Of a stretch of DNA of 64,000 nt, positions 9,616 through 20,555 are shown one piece after another. The translations under genes were made by a program, and so were the position numbers. The notes below the pieces were generated by a model. The model saw only the letters and a list, made by a program, of their open reading frames with translations, made no database searches and was not told the origin of the DNA. Each line of letters starts with the position of its first letter. Position 1 is the stretch's first letter. Source of the stretch: an uncultured delta proteobacterium (GTDB lineage: Bacteria; Myxococcota; UBA727; VGSZ01); the NCBI GenBank assembly GCA_963775425.1, contig CAVZJB010000011.1:640001-704000 (forward strand). The letters are read 5' to 3'.

Positions 9616-12402
9616 ATGAGCGACACCCCGGAAAAGCCCCCCGAAAACGGTGACGGTGACGGCGGCGGCCGCCGCGACGTGAGCGAGATCTCCATCGTCG
9701 ACGAGATGCGGGACAGCTACCGCGACTACTCGATGAGCGTCATCATCGGGCGCGCGCTCCCCGACGTGCGCGACGGGCTCAAGCCGGTGCACCGGCGCAT
9801 CCTCTACGCCATGTACGACGAGGGCCTGCTCCCCTCGCGCAAGTACTCCAAGTGCGCCGGCGTCGTCGGCGAGGTCTTGAAGAAGTACCACCCCCACGGC
9901 GACGCCTCGGTCTACGACGCGCTCGTCCGCCTGGCGCAACCCTGGAACATGGGCGCCCTGCTCGTCGACGGGCAGGGGAACTTCGGTTCCGTCGACGGCG
10001 ACCCGCCCGCCGCCTACCGCTACACCGAGTCGCGCCTGGCCAAGCTCGCCGAAGAGCTGCTGCGTGACATCGAGAAGAACACCGTAGACTTCCTCCCCAA
10101 CTTCGACGGCACCCACGAAGAGCCCACGGTGCTCCCGTCGCGCGTGCCCAACCTCCTCGTGAACGGCTCCGAGGGCATCGCCGTGGCCATGGCCACGCGT
10201 TGCCCGCCGCACAACCTCAACGAGGTCATCCACTGCCTGGTCGCGCTCATCGAGGAGCGCTACGAGGGCAAGGAGAAGCTCACCACCCGCCGCCTCGTCG
10301 AGCTCATGCCGGGGCCGGACTTCCCCACCGGCGGCCAGCTCTGCGGCCAGGCGGGCGTCTACAACTACTACGAGACCGGCAAGGGCGCGCTCAAGCTGCG
10401 CGGCGTCGCGCGCATCGAGGACAACGCCCGGACCAAGAAGACGCAGATCATCATCGACGAGATCCCGTTCCAGGTGAACAAGGCCAAGCTCGTCGAGCGC
10501 ATCGCCGAGCTCGTGCGCGACAAGAAGGTCGACGGCATCAGCGAGCTGCGAGACGAGAGCGACCGCACCGGCATGCGCATCGCCATCGACCTCAAGCGCG
10601 ACGCCATCGGCGACATCGTGCTCAACCAGCTCTACAAGCACACGCCGCTCGAGATCACCTACCCGGTCACCATGCTGTCCATCGTCGACGGGCAGCCCAA
10701 GACGCTCGGCATGCGCGCGCTGCTCGAGACGTTCATCGACTTCCGCCGCGAAGTGGTCACGCGCCGTACGCGCTTCGAGCTCGACGAGGCCGAGCGCCGC
10801 TTCCACACCGTCGCCGGCCTGGTCACCGCGCTCGACGACATCGACCGCGTCATCACCATCATTCGCTCCAGCCGCGACACGGACGAGGCCAAGCAGAAGC
10901 TCTGCGCCGAGAAGTTCATGGGCGCGGTGAAGCTCGGCCTGTTCGCGTCGGCGCCCACGCCGCAGATCGCGGGCTGGTTGCAGCAGGGCTACGCCCAGCT
11001 CGACGAGGCGCAGGCGCAGGCCATCCTCGAGATGCGCCTCTCCCGCCTCGTCGGCCTCGAGCGGGACAAGCTCCTCGAGGAGGGTGAGGACCTGCTGCGC
11101 GAGATCGATCGCTTGAAGGAGATCCTCGCGGACCTGAAGGTCCTGATGCAGGTCATCAAGAACGAGCTCAAGGACATCCAGACGCGCTTCGCCGTCGACC
11201 GGCGCACGCGCATCGTGGCCGACGTCGACGAGATCAACGTCGAGGACCTCATCGCCGAGGAGGAGATGGTCGTCACCATCTCCCACGCCGGCTACATCAA
11301 GAGGTCTCCGCTGTCCGCCTACCGCGCGCAAAAGCGCGGCGGGAAGGGCAAGTCCGCGGCAAAGACCAAGGACGAGGACTTCATCCAGGACGCGTTCGTG
11401 GCCTCCACCCACGCGTACCTCCTCACCTTCACCAACAAGGGCAAGGTGTACTGGGTGAAGGTGCACCAGGTGCCCGAGGCGGGCGGCCAGTCGCGCGGCC
11501 GGCCCATCATCAACCTCGTGCAGCTCGAGCAGGGTGCGGACGGCACCGGCGAGAAGGTGTGCGCGGTGCTGCCGGTGCGCAAGTTCCCAGAGAAGGAAGG
11601 CGAGGGCTACGTCGTCTTCTGCAGCAAGAACGGCACCGTCAAGAAGACGGACCTCACGCAGTACTCCAACCCGCGCTCCACCGGCCTCATCGCCTGCGGC
11701 ATCGACACTGACGACGAGCTCATCGCCGTCGTCATCACCGATGACCAGAGCGACCTCTTCCTCACCACCGCCGACGGCATGTCCATCCGCTTCAAGGCGA
11801 GCGACGTGCGGCCCATGGGGCGCTCGGCGGTGGGCGTCATCGGCATCAAGCTGACGCAGCAGGACAGCGGCGCCAAGGACGCGGTCGTGGCCATGGAGGC
11901 GCTGCCGGCCGGCGGCGGCGCCGAGGTCGAGCCGTCGGTGATGACGGTGACCGAGCGCGGCTACGGCAAGCGCACGCAGGCCAAGGAGTACCCGCAACAA
12001 AACCGCGCGGGCATGGGCGTCATCACCATCAAGACCACGGAGCGGAACGGCCGCGTCGCCGGCGCCATCGTCGTCACCCCCGGTGACCAGGCCATGGTGG
12101 TCACCGACGGCGGCACCCTCATCCGCATCGCCACGGACGACGTGAGCGAGATGGGGCGCAACACGCAGGGCGTTCGCATCCTCAACGTCGACGAGAGCGA
12201 GCGCGTCGTCACCGTCGTGCGCATCGACGAGCCGGCGGTGAAGGGCGGCTCGCAGGTGGACGGCTCGCCGGTCACCGAGTCGGAGGAGGGCGCGCCGGTG
12301 GAGGCCGGCTCCGCCGACGCCGACGACGATGGCGACACCGAGCCGCCCACGCCCACCATGTCCGACGCCGACGACGACGACACCGACGAAGGCGACGCGT
12401 GA
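9616..12402 (+). CDS. gyrA: DNA gyrase subunit A
   Basis: [21 protein letters not shown], catalytic AAYRYTE, GyrA-box QKRGGKG, C-terminal pinwheel repeats, acidic tail. Confidence 0.97.
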   Translation: MSDTPEKPPENGDGDGGGRRDVSEISIVDEMRDSYRDYSMSVIIGRALPDVRDGLKPVHRRILYAMYDEGLLPSRKYSKCAGVVGEVLKKYHPHGDASVYDALVRLAQPWNMGALLVDGQGNFGSVDGDPPAAYRYTESRLAKLAEELLRDIEKNTVDFLPNFDGTHEEPTVLPSRVPNLLVNGSEGIAVAMATRCPPHNLNEVIHCLVALIEERYEGKEKLTTRRLVELMPGPDFPTGGQLCGQAGVYNYYETGKGALKLRGVARIEDNARTKKTQIIIDEIPFQVNKAKLVERIAELVRDKKVDGISELRDESDRTGMRIAIDLKRDAIGDIVLNQLYKHTPLEITYPVTMLSIVDGQPKTLGMRALLETFIDFRREVVTRRTRFELDEAERRFHTVAGLVTALDDIDRVITIIRSSRDTDEAKQKLCAEKFMGAVKLGLFASAPTPQIAGWLQQGYAQLDEAQAQAILEMRLSRLVGLERDKLLEEGEDLLREIDRLKEILADLKVLMQVIKNELKDIQTRFAVDRRTRIVADVDEINVEDLIAEEEMVVTISHAGYIKRSPLSAYRAQKRGGKGKSAAKTKDEDFIQDAFVASTHAYLLTFTNKGKVYWVKVHQVPEAGGQSRGRPIINLVQLEQGADGTGEKVCAVLPVRKFPEKEGEGYVVFCSKNGTVKKTDLTQYSNPRSTGLIACGIDTDDELIAVVITDDQSDLFLTTADGMSIRFKASDVRPMGRSAVGVIGIKLTQQDSGAKDAVVAMEALPAGGGAEVEPSVMTVTERGYGKRTQAKEYPQQNRAGMGVITIKTTERNGRVAGAIVVTPGDQAMVVTDGGTLIRIATDDVSEMGRNTQGVRILNVDESERVVTVVRIDEPAVKGGSQVDGSPVTESEEGAPVEAGSADADDDGDTEPPTPTMSDADDDDTDEGDA

Positions 12403-13595
12403 CGCTGGCGGCGCGAGCGGCGCGCGGCGCGCCCAAGTGGAGCGCCTGCCTGGCGGCCTTGGTCGCAGCGGCGCTCACCGGCTGCGTGCCGGCCACCGGC
12501 GCCGGCGAGGCCGTGGGCAAGGAGGGCAAGGTGGTCTTCGACGCCGAGACCAACCTGGCCTTCTCCACGCGCCTCGTCGTCGGGAGCGCGTTCGTGGTGG
12601 GGTTCAAGGCTCGCAGCGACGAGGACAAGGGGGCCGTGGCCAAGGCCCTGCTCGAGAGCAGCGACGACAAGGTGCTCACGGTCGACGCCGGCGGGCGCGT
12701 CGAGATCACCGGCCCCGGCGCCGCCGAGCTCCAGGTGAACGGCCCCGACGGCACGGTCGACAGCATCGACATCCACGCGGGCAAGGCCGGCGCGACCACC
12801 CTCGTGGACCCGGTGCTCCTCGCGGCGGCGCCCGAGGTGGACGCGCGGCTCCCGGACGCCTTCGCCATCCACAAGGACCTCGACACGGGCCTCGAGGTCT
12901 CCGCTCTCGACACCTGCGGCGGCGAGCTCCTCGACCTGCACGCGTCGTCCCTCGAGGTGGGCGGGGCCACGTCCACGGCGGCGGCGGCGGGCCCGGCCTC
13001 GTTCGTGGTGCACGCCGTCGACGCCGGCGACGTCACCCTCACGCTCCACACGCCCGGCCTCGACGACCTCGCGTACACCGTGCACTCCATCGACCCCGCG
13101 CAGGTGGACGAGGTCGACGTCGCGGTGACGTCCGCCGACGACCAGGGGAACGTCACGCTGTGGGGCCGCGCGTTCGAAAACGACGTCGAGCTCATCGGCG
13201 ACCTGAATTTCTCGTGGAGCTCCGACGAGCGCGTCACGCTCAACGGCCTCCAGGGGATGGTGGTCGACGGCAGCGTCTCGTTCCCCGCCGACGGCGAGCC
13301 GCCCGACGATCGCCCGGCCGAGGTGAGCGCGGAGGTGTTCGGCGAGACGGGCACCCTCGACCTCCTTCAGGCCGGGCTCACCACCACCACCTCCCGCGGC
13401 GACCCCGCCCGCGTCCTCGACGACGCGAGCAGCGGCGCTGGCGGCGGCTGCGGCGGCAGCAGCGCGCCCTGCGATCCCGAGGCCGCGCTCGTCGCCGTTC
13501 TGGGGTTGCGCGGCCTCGTCCGGCTCCGCCGCCACGCCGCCGCGCCCCGAAGGGGCGGGCAGGGCTCCCTTCCGCGCGGCGGCCGGCCGGCATGA
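12399..13595 (+). CDS. Surface lipoprotein, beta-rich, with a MYXO-CTERM-like C-terminus
   Basis: ALTGC lipobox; C-terminal [11 protein letters not shown]..hydrophobic..RLRR; translationally coupled to gyrA and the ABC ATPase. Confidence 0.7.
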   Translation: MTLAARAARGAPKWSACLAALVAAALTGCVPATGAGEAVGKEGKVVFDAETNLAFSTRLVVGSAFVVGFKARSDEDKGAVAKALLESSDDKVLTVDAGGRVEITGPGAAELQVNGPDGTVDSIDIHAGKAGATTLVDPVLLAAAPEVDARLPDAFAIHKDLDTGLEVSALDTCGGELLDLHASSLEVGGATSTAAAAGPASFVVHAVDAGDVTLTLHTPGLDDLAYTVHSIDPAQVDEVDVAVTSADDQGNVTLWGRAFENDVELIGDLNFSWSSDERVTLNGLQGMVVDGSVSFPADGEPPDDRPAEVSAEVFGETGTLDLLQAGLTTTTSRGDPARVLDDASSGAGGGCGGSSAPCDPEAALVAVLGLRGLVRLRRHAAAPRRGGQGSLPRGGRPA

Positions 13596-14332
13596 GCGAG
13601 GCGCTCGTCGACGCCCGCTCGTTGTCGCGGCGCTTCGGCGACACCGCCGCCGTCAGCGACGTCAGCTTCTCGCTCGCCCGCGGCGAGGTGGCCGGCTTCC
13701 TCGGCCACAACGGCGCCGGCAAGTCCACGACGCTGCGCATCCTCGCCGGCGCGCTGTCGCCCACGGGCGGGCAGGCCCTCATCGATGGTCATGGTTCATC
13801 AACGATGGAAGCGAGGAGGAACGTCGGCTTCCTCCCGGAGACGCCTCCCCTGACGGCGGAGCTCACCGTCGAGGAGCAGCTCGGCTTCGCGGCCGGGATC
13901 CGCGTGGGCGGCCCGCGCGCCCGGCGCAAGGCGGCGGTCGCGGCGGTGGTGGAGCGCTGCGGCCTGGGCGACGTCCGGCGGAAGCTGAATTCCACACTTT
14001 CGAAAGGAACGAAGCAGCGGGTGGGCCTCGCCCAGGCGCTCCTCGGCGACCCTCCGGTGCTGCTCCTCGATGAGCCCACGGCGGGCCTCGATCCCAAGCA
14101 GGCCGCGGCGGTGCGGGAGCTCATCCGCGACCTCGGCGCCGGCCACGCGGTGCTGCTGTCCACGCACCTGCTCCACGAGGTGACGGCGCTGTGCTCGCGC
14201 GCCCTGCTCTTGCGCCGCGGCCGCCTGGTGGTGGACGACAGCCTCGACGGCCTCCGCGCCCGCGGCGGCTCCCTCGAACAGACTGTGCTCGCCGCCCTCG
14301 ACGACGAGCCCGCGGCCGAGGCGACACCGTGA
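13592..14332 (+). CDS. ABC transporter ATP-binding protein (GldA-like)
   Basis: Walker A GHNGAGKST, LSKG signature, LLLDEPT, LSTH. Confidence 0.92.
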   Translation: MSEALVDARSLSRRFGDTAAVSDVSFSLARGEVAGFLGHNGAGKSTTLRILAGALSPTGGQALIDGHGSSTMEARRNVGFLPETPPLTAELTVEEQLGFAAGIRVGGPRARRKAAVAAVVERCGLGDVRRKLNSTLSKGTKQRVGLAQALLGDPPVLLLDEPTAGLDPKQAAAVRELIRDLGAGHAVLLSTHLLHEVTALCSRALLLRRGRLVVDDSLDGLRARGGSLEQTVLAALDDEPAAEATP

Positions 14333-14378
14333 CGCCCTCGTCGTGCGGCGGGCCCTCGTGGCGCGCGCGGGAGGCGTC

Positions 14379-15176
14379 GTGAGCGCCGCGCGGGCGGTGC
14401 TCGGGCGCGAGCTGCGCGTGGTGTTCACCACGCCGCTGGCGTGGGCGGCGCTGGGGGCGTTCTCCCTCGTCACCGCGCTGCTGTTCTGGCTCGAGCTGCT
14501 GAGCTTCGAGGTCGCCCAGCAGCGGGCGCTGGCCGTCAACGATCCCCAGCTCCTGGCGCTCCTCGACTTCAACGACCTGCTCATCGGCAGCGTGCTCAAC
14601 CACGCTCAGGTGCTTTTGATCTTCGTGGTCCCGCTCCTCACCATGCGGCTGTTCGCCGACGAGGCGCGCCAGGGGACGCTCGACTTCCTCCTCGCCGCGC
14701 CCATGCGCACCTGGTCCCTGGTGCTCGGCAAGATCGGCAGCGTCGTGGTCGTGGTCGTCGCCGCCGCGGCGGTGTTGCTCGTGTACCCGGCGCTCCTCCA
14801 GGTCTTCGGCCGCGCCGTGGTGCAAGGCGACGGCATCGTCGACTGGGCCCAGGTCGCGAGCGGCCTGCTCGGCGTCATCCTGTGCGGCACGCTCTACGCC
14901 GCGCTCGGCGCCGCCCTGTCAGCCGCCACCAACAGCCCGTCCGCCGCCGCGCTCGTCACCGCGCTCGCCCTGGTGGCCCTCTGGTTCGGCGGCAGCGCCG
15001 CCCCGGGGCTGGCGGGCTCGGCGGGCAACGTCGTCGCCTGGGTGGCGCCGGCGTCGCACCTCGAGCGGCTCGCGCGTGGCGTCGTCGCCGTCCCGGACCT
15101 CGTGTACTTCCTGGGCGGCACGGCGGCCCTGGCCTTCATCACCACGCGTCTCGTCGACGCGAGGAGGCGCGCATGA
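14379..15176 (+). CDS. ABC-2 permease (GldF-like)
   Basis: RELRVVFTTPLAW, PLLTMRLFADEARQGTLDFLL, VLGK; about 6 TM segments; GGAGG before the GTG. Confidence 0.88.
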   Translation: MSAARAVLGRELRVVFTTPLAWAALGAFSLVTALLFWLELLSFEVAQQRALAVNDPQLLALLDFNDLLIGSVLNHAQVLLIFVVPLLTMRLFADEARQGTLDFLLAAPMRTWSLVLGKIGSVVVVVVAAAAVLLVYPALLQVFGRAVVQGDGIVDWAQVASGLLGVILCGTLYAALGAALSAATNSPSAAALVTALALVALWFGGSAAPGLAGSAGNVVAWVAPASHLERLARGVVAVPDLVYFLGGTAALAFITTRLVDARRRA

Positions 15177-16705
15177 CGACGCTCACGGGCTCGCTCGCGC
15201 GCGTCGTCTTCGTCTGCGGCCTCGCCGTCGCCCTCACGGCGGCCACCGTGGGCAGCGCGTTCTTCGGCGTGACCACGTGGCTCACGCTCGTGCCCCTCGG
15301 GGCCGGCCTGGTCGCCGCTGCCGCCGGCGGCGTCGCGTCCTTGCGCGGCGCCCGCGTCGACGGGCGCGGTGCGCGCGCCGTGGTCGAGTGCGCCGTCGTC
15401 GTCGTGCTCGCCGTCGCCGCCAACGTCGTGGCGCTGCGCTTCCCCGCGGCCGTCGACGTCACCCGCAGCAAGCGCAACACGCTCGCCGAGCAGAGCGTCC
15501 AGGTCGCGCGCGCCCTGAAGGAGCCGGTGGTGGTCCGCGCGGTGCTCGACGCGGACGACCGCGCCTTCGCCGACCTGCGCGACCTCGTCGAGCGCTACCG
15601 CCGCGAGACCTCGGAGCTCACGCTCGAGCGCGTCCAACCCGCGGCGGGCGCGGCCAACGGCGACGACAAGGTGGTCCTCGTCGCGGGCGATCGGCGACAG
15701 AAGGTGCACTTCGAGGCGGGGGCGCCCGATCAGGAGGCGCAGCTCACCCGCGCGTTGAAGGCCATCGAGACGCGAACGCGTGCGCGCGTCTACGTGCTCG
15801 CGGGCCACGGCGAGGCCGCCGTCGACGACGACGGGCCCCCGGGCCTGCGCCGCCTCGGCCAGGCGCTCGTGGACGAGGGCTTCGAGGTCGTCCCGCTGCC
15901 GCTGGCCGCGGTGGGCCGCGTGCCGGAGGACGCGGCGGCCGTGATCGTGGCGGGGGCCAGGCCGTTTTTGGCGCCGCCCTCCGGGGACGGCGACGCGGGG
16001 GCGCCGTCGAGCGCCCGCGGCGACGGCGCGGCGTTGCAGCGCTACCTCGACGGCGGCGGCCGGCTGCTGCTGCTCCTCGAGCCCGGCGGCGAGGACTTCG
16101 CGAGCCTGCTCGGCTCCGTCGGGGTCCAGCCGAACGGCGACGTCGTCATCGACAACTCGAGCTTCTCGGGGCTCCTCGGCGGGCCGGACACGGCGACGGG
16201 CGTGGCGTACGCGACGCACCCGGTGACGGCGAAGCTCGGCGGCGCGCTCACGCACTTCCTCCACGCGCGCTCGTTGGCGGAGAACCCCGGGACGCCGGCG
16301 ACGGTCACCGCGCTCGTGCAGACCGGCGCCGACACCTGGGGCGAGACGCACCTCGTGCCGGGGACGCCGCCGCAAAAGGACGACGCCGACATCGCCGGCC
16401 CGCTGACGATGATGATGGCAGTGACGGCGCCGGGCGGCGCGCGGGTCGCGGTCGCAGGCGACGCCACCTTCGCGGAGAACCGAGGCATCGGCCTGGGCGC
16501 CAACCGCGACCTCGCCGTCAACGCCGTGCTCTGGCTCGCCGACAAGCAGAGCGACATCGCCGTGCGCGCCCGCGGCCGCGGCGGTAACCTCCTGCTGCTC
16601 ACCCCCACGGCGCGCGAGCGCATCGCGTTCGTCTTGCTCTACGGCATGCCGGTGCTGCTGTTGTGCGCCGGCCTCGCCATCAGCGCGGTGCGACGGCGTC
16701 GGTGA
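15173..16705 (+). CDS. GldG-family ABC auxiliary periplasmic component
   Basis: Three N-terminal TMs, DVTRSKRNTL, YVLAGHGE, YLDGGGRLL, GANRDLAVNAVLWL, C-terminal TM + RRRR. Confidence 0.85.
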   Translation: MTTLTGSLARVVFVCGLAVALTAATVGSAFFGVTTWLTLVPLGAGLVAAAAGGVASLRGARVDGRGARAVVECAVVVVLAVAANVVALRFPAAVDVTRSKRNTLAEQSVQVARALKEPVVVRAVLDADDRAFADLRDLVERYRRETSELTLERVQPAAGAANGDDKVVLVAGDRRQKVHFEAGAPDQEAQLTRALKAIETRTRARVYVLAGHGEAAVDDDGPPGLRRLGQALVDEGFEVVPLPLAAVGRVPEDAAAVIVAGARPFLAPPSGDGDAGAPSSARGDGAALQRYLDGGGRLLLLLEPGGEDFASLLGSVGVQPNGDVVIDNSSFSGLLGGPDTATGVAYATHPVTAKLGGALTHFLHARSLAENPGTPATVTALVQTGADTWGETHLVPGTPPQKDDADIAGPLTMMMAVTAPGGARVAVAGDATFAENRGIGLGANRDLAVNAVLWLADKQSDIAVRARGRGGNLLLLTPTARERIAFVLLYGMPVLLLCAGLAISAVRRRR

Positions 16706-16713
16706 TCCGTGCG

Positions 16714-19479
16714 TCAGCTCGGCGGCGGTTTGTTCAGCGCGCTCACACGGGCGTTCTTGCGCAGGGCGATGACGCTACCGACGACGCCGAGGGTGGCGCT
16801 GTCGAGGGCGTCGCCGCCGGCGATGCGGCCGGCGCGGGCGATGCTGCCGAGGCCGAGGTCGCCGGCGCCGACCTCGGCGAGGCCGGAGAAGTTGCCGGCG
16901 AACGAGAAGCCCGCCTTGATGCTCTGCGTGTACACGGAGGAGAGGCCGAGGCCGTGGCTCGCCAGCGTCGCCGTCACCGTGCCGATGATCTGATCGGGCT
17001 CGAGGCGCTTCGGCTTTTTGCCGGGCGCCGTGTCCTGGAGCTCCGACAGCGCGCCGACGAGGGCGCGCTTGGCCTCCTTCGCTTTTCCGCGGTCGGTGAC
17101 CGTCGACATGGTCAGGGCGGCGTCGGCCATGCCGTCGAGGTCCTTGCGGAACCAATTCCAGGCGAGCGACAGCGGCGCCATGAGGTGCTTCTTCTTCAGG
17201 TCGATCATCTTGCCGAAGTCGAGCATCACGATGGTCTGGCCGTCGGCGAGCACGCCCCAGTTGCCCTTGTGGGGATCGCCGTGCACGCGCCCGTGCACGA
17301 CGGCCTGTGACAGCACGCTCGCGAGGAAGCGGTCGCGCATCAAGCGGACGTCGTCGTCCTTGAGGATCGGCGGGACCTGTACGTGGGTGATGACGCCGTC
17401 GTCGGCGATGCGCAGCTTCAACGCGGGGTACAGCGGGTGATCGGTGGCGACCGTCGCCAGCCAACCGCCGGGCTTCTTCGCGTCCTTGGGCGGCGGCGCC
17501 CGCTCCACGGTGACGCGCTCGGCGCCGGTGGCGATGCCGAACGCGCGCGCCGTGTGGTCCACCGCGCGCTTCGTCACATCGCCGACCGCGTCCCCCGCGA
17601 GCGGACCGGTGGGCGCGGGCGTGGCCTTGGTGGCCCGCGCGAGCTGCGCGCGCTCGATCAGGCTGCCGACCTTCTCGAGGCGCATGAGCTCCATGGTGAT
17701 GACGGTCTTGCTGCTCCAGCGCCGGAACACGTACGGCGCCGTGACGTGCCCGTGGGCGCGCATGTCGCGGCGGAACTTCTTGAGGTTCACGCGCTCCTTG
17801 TCGAAGTCCGTCTCGACCTCGAAGGACTGCACGAACGACGAGACCGTCTCCTCGACGAGCTTCATCATCTTGAGCGGGTCTACGCCCTCGGGCAGGTCCA
17901 GCTTCTTGCCCTGATCACCGAGGACGCGCATGAGCTCGCTCGCGAACTGAAGCCCGATGCGCGTCACGCGCGTGGCGCGCGTGAACTGCTCTGCGAGGTG
18001 CGGTCGCTGCACCTTCACCACCACCTCGTGCTCGCGGCCGAAGCAATCCTTGACGCGCGCGCGGTGCGCCTGCCCGATGCTCGCCGACGCCAGCGGCTTC
18101 ATCTCGAAAGAGCCGGGCACGAACGCCTCGTCGATGGTCGTGCCGAGCCCCGCCTCCACCTGGGCGCGCACCTCGGCCTCGCTCATCTCCGGCACCCGCT
18201 CCTGCAGCTCCAACAGCGCGCGGTGGGTGACGCCGTCGACGGCGCCGCCGTCCGCCGCGGCCTGGTTGGCGAAGGTTTGCAGGAGCTTCACCACCACCGG
18301 CCCGGCGTCCTTGGCCGCGTTCTTGACCAGGGGGATGCGCTGCTCCTCGGGGATCTTGTCGTTCTTGGCGGCGCCGAACAGGCGGAAGAGGTGCGCGGCC
18401 GTGACGAGCACCGCGGACATGTCCGCGCACAGCTCCTTCACCGCGCCCGCGGCCTCCTCGCTGAGCGCGCCCGTCCCGCGGAGGTCCGAGAGCAGCCGCT
18501 CCTCCGCGGCGTCCAACGTCTCCGGCAGCGCCCGCGCCGACCGCTCCGTCTCGGCGAGGGCCGCGGCCGCATCGTTGGTGGCGGAGCGTGTGACGTCGCC
18601 GCTGCCGCCCGCGAGGCGCTCGACCACCGCGCGGAAGAGGTCGCCGTCGCCCGCGGCGGCGTCGCCGTCGGCCGCGCGCCGCCGCACGGCGGCGAGGGAG
18701 ACCAGGTCGCGCGCGAGGACGGCGAGCTCGCCGTCCTTGGGCAACGACGACACGATGGCCCCCTCGGCCACCGTGGTGAGGTAGCGCGACACGGCGTCCT
18801 TGACGGTGCCTGCGCCCGCGGCGTCGACGTCGAGCGCGATCTTCTCCAGGTTGTGCGCTTCGAGCCTGCCGAGCACGCGCACCACGTCGAGCGCGCGCGC
18901 GAGCTCGTCGCGAAACTCCGGCGTCTGCAGGCGCGCACGCAGCTTCTCGAGGTTGTCGCCGACGGACGCGACGCCGTCGGCGGAGGGGACGAACGTCGCG
19001 TACCACTTGGCCTCGACGTTTTGTTGAACGCTCGCGTCGCCCATGGTCTTCGACAGCGCGGTCGCGCCCTTCTTCAGCGCGCCGGCGGGGACGATGCGGG
19101 CGAGGTCGACGACGACCTCGAGCACCGCGTCGGTGAGGGGGTCGCCGGCGGCGGCAGCGAGCTTCTTGCGACGCTCGTCGGGCGTGAGCGATGCATCGGT
19201 GAAGCTCCTCGCGGCGTCCTTGAGCGCGAGGGCCGCGGGGGAGCTCTGGGGCGGCACTTCGAAGCCGGTCCAGAGGCTGTCGAAGAGGTCGTGGACGCCG
19301 GTGCGCAGCGCCTCGGCGTCACCGCCCTCGAGCCCGACGGCCGGCAGCACGTCGCCGAGGAGCGCGGCGCCCTCGTCGAGGTGCGCGAGGCCCTTGTCGA
19401 CGCGCTCCTTGAGCGCGTCGCGCAGGGTCCCCTGCGCGGTGGCGCGGAGGCGGCGGGAGACGGGTCCCTCGACGGGCAT
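16714..19479 (-). CDS. AarF/UbiB/ABC1-family atypical kinase with a long N-terminal extension
   Basis: GPVVVKLLQ, LASASIGQAHRA, VVVKVQRP, ETDF, ITME, HGDPHKGN, LDFG. Confidence 0.88.
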   Translation of the reverse strand: MPVEGPVSRRLRATAQGTLRDALKERVDKGLAHLDEGAALLGDVLPAVGLEGGDAEALRTGVHDLFDSLWTGFEVPPQSSPAALALKDAARSFTDASLTPDERRKKLAAAAGDPLTDAVLEVVVDLARIVPAGALKKGATALSKTMGDASVQQNVEAKWYATFVPSADGVASVGDNLEKLRARLQTPEFRDELARALDVVRVLGRLEAHNLEKIALDVDAAGAGTVKDAVSRYLTTVAEGAIVSSLPKDGELAVLARDLVSLAAVRRRAADGDAAAGDGDLFRAVVERLAGGSGDVTRSATNDAAAALAETERSARALPETLDAAEERLLSDLRGTGALSEEAAGAVKELCADMSAVLVTAAHLFRLFGAAKNDKIPEEQRIPLVKNAAKDAGPVVVKLLQTFANQAAADGGAVDGVTHRALLELQERVPEMSEAEVRAQVEAGLGTTIDEAFVPGSFEMKPLASASIGQAHRARVKDCFGREHEVVVKVQRPHLAEQFTRATRVTRIGLQFASELMRVLGDQGKKLDLPEGVDPLKMMKLVEETVSSFVQSFEVETDFDKERVNLKKFRRDMRAHGHVTAPYVFRRWSSKTVITMELMRLEKVGSLIERAQLARATKATPAPTGPLAGDAVGDVTKRAVDHTARAFGIATGAERVTVERAPPPKDAKKPGGWLATVATDHPLYPALKLRIADDGVITHVQVPPILKDDDVRLMRDRFLASVLSQAVVHGRVHGDPHKGNWGVLADGQTIVMLDFGKMIDLKKKHLMAPLSLAWNWFRKDLDGMADAALTMSTVTDRGKAKEAKRALVGALSELQDTAPGKKPKRLEPDQIIGTVTATLASHGLGLSSVYTQSIKAGFSFAGNFSGLAEVGAGDLGLGSIARAGRIAGGDALDSATLGVVGSVIALRKNARVSALNKPPPS

Positions 19480-19581
19480 CCAGCGACGCTACCACGGGGT
19501 CCGACATGGCTCCCGTACGGGCGGCACACCGTCGCTTGATGAGCGACCGGGGGGAGCGGCCGCGCTTGGGTCAGCGCGGGG

Positions 19582-20016
19582 TCAAAGCGGGAGCGACGCG
19601 CCGAACGCCGAGGGATCGTCGATGGGGCGCACGGCGCCGTCGGGATCGCGCCACAGGCTGAAGCTGTCCTGGCCCTCGACGAAGCCGAGCTTCACCCGCC
19701 GGCCGGCGCGCAGCGCGGGGACCTCGACCACGAACGGATCGAGCACCTCGGGCTGGGCCGCGACCCGGGCGAGCGCGCGCATGGCTTCGGCCGCGTCGGC
19801 TTCGTGCCGGGCGAGCGCGTCCTTGAGCTCCGGCGGCATCTCGGGCGTCTGGTGGCCTCCGTCGGTGCTGGCGACGCCGGCGCCCTTGTGCTCCTCGGCG
19901 GCCACGTAGGTCGCCCGAGCGCCGCTGAGCGCCTCGCGGAGGCGGTCGATCTGCTCGCCGAGGTACGGCACCAAAGCGTTGGCCTCGTCGAGGGTGTAGG
20001 GGCGAAGGAACATCAT
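19582..20016 (-). CDS. DUF2203-like hypothetical protein
   Basis: YTLDEANALVPYL N-terminal motif and coiled coil. Confidence 0.6.
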   Translation of the reverse strand: MMFLRPYTLDEANALVPYLGEQIDRLREALSGARATYVAAEEHKGAGVASTDGGHQTPEMPPELKDALARHEADAAEAMRALARVAAQPEVLDPFVVEVPALRAGRRVKLGFVEGQDSFSLWRDPDGAVRPIDDPSAFGASLPL

Positions 20017-20073
20017 GCACTATTCATACGCGCTCGCGGCCGTTCGACAAGTCGCGCGGGCACGCGGGCGATT

Positions 20074-20535
20074 TCACACCCGTGCGAACGGATCGCGGCC
20101 TTCACGCATGGCGTCGAGGACGCGGGCGGCGTCGGCGGGCGGGATCAGCTCCACGTTGCTCGCCCCCGCCACGCGCATGACGCTCTTGATGACGAAGCTC
20201 CCCTGCACGTTGCCGACGAGGGCGATGCGCTTCATGCGCTCGGCGCTCCTGCGCATGAACGCGGCCGAACGCATCTTCCCCTGGAGCGAGCCGACGGAGC
20301 GGCCGCCGGTGGTGTGCACGAAGCCGAACGCGGGTGTGCCGTCCCGGTCGTAGCTCGCCTGCGTCGCCGTGCGCCAGGCGTCGCTGACGGCGTCGGTGAC
20401 GTCACCCCACAGGTGAACGACGATCACGTGCTCGTTGCGGGCGACCGCGTACGCGGCCCCGGCGTCGACGAGGTCGAGCCCCGCCGTCACCGACTCGTCC
20501 CGCTCGATCACGATCTCCGCGTCGCGCGCGCCCAT
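20074..20535 (-). CDS. Hypothetical protein (possible STAS/SEC14-like fold)
   Basis: Coding-like ORF downstream of the TPR protein; fold inferred only from the alternating beta/alpha pattern. Confidence 0.6.
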   Translation of the reverse strand: MGARDAEIVIERDESVTAGLDLVDAGAAYAVARNEHVIVVHLWGDVTDAVSDAWRTATQASYDRDGTPAFGFVHTTGGRSVGSLQGKMRSAAFMRRSAERMKRIALVGNVQGSFVIKSVMRVAGASNVELIPPADAARVLDAMREGRDPFARV

Positions 20536-20555
20536 CGTCCCCCCCGTACGCCGTC

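Noticed and set aside
8494-12000. Long antisense and alternative-frame ORFs (opposite gyrA, GH31, RND, tolC and others)
   Set aside because: They are expected shadows of high-GC codon bias, with Arg/Ala/Gly-rich content and no motifs.
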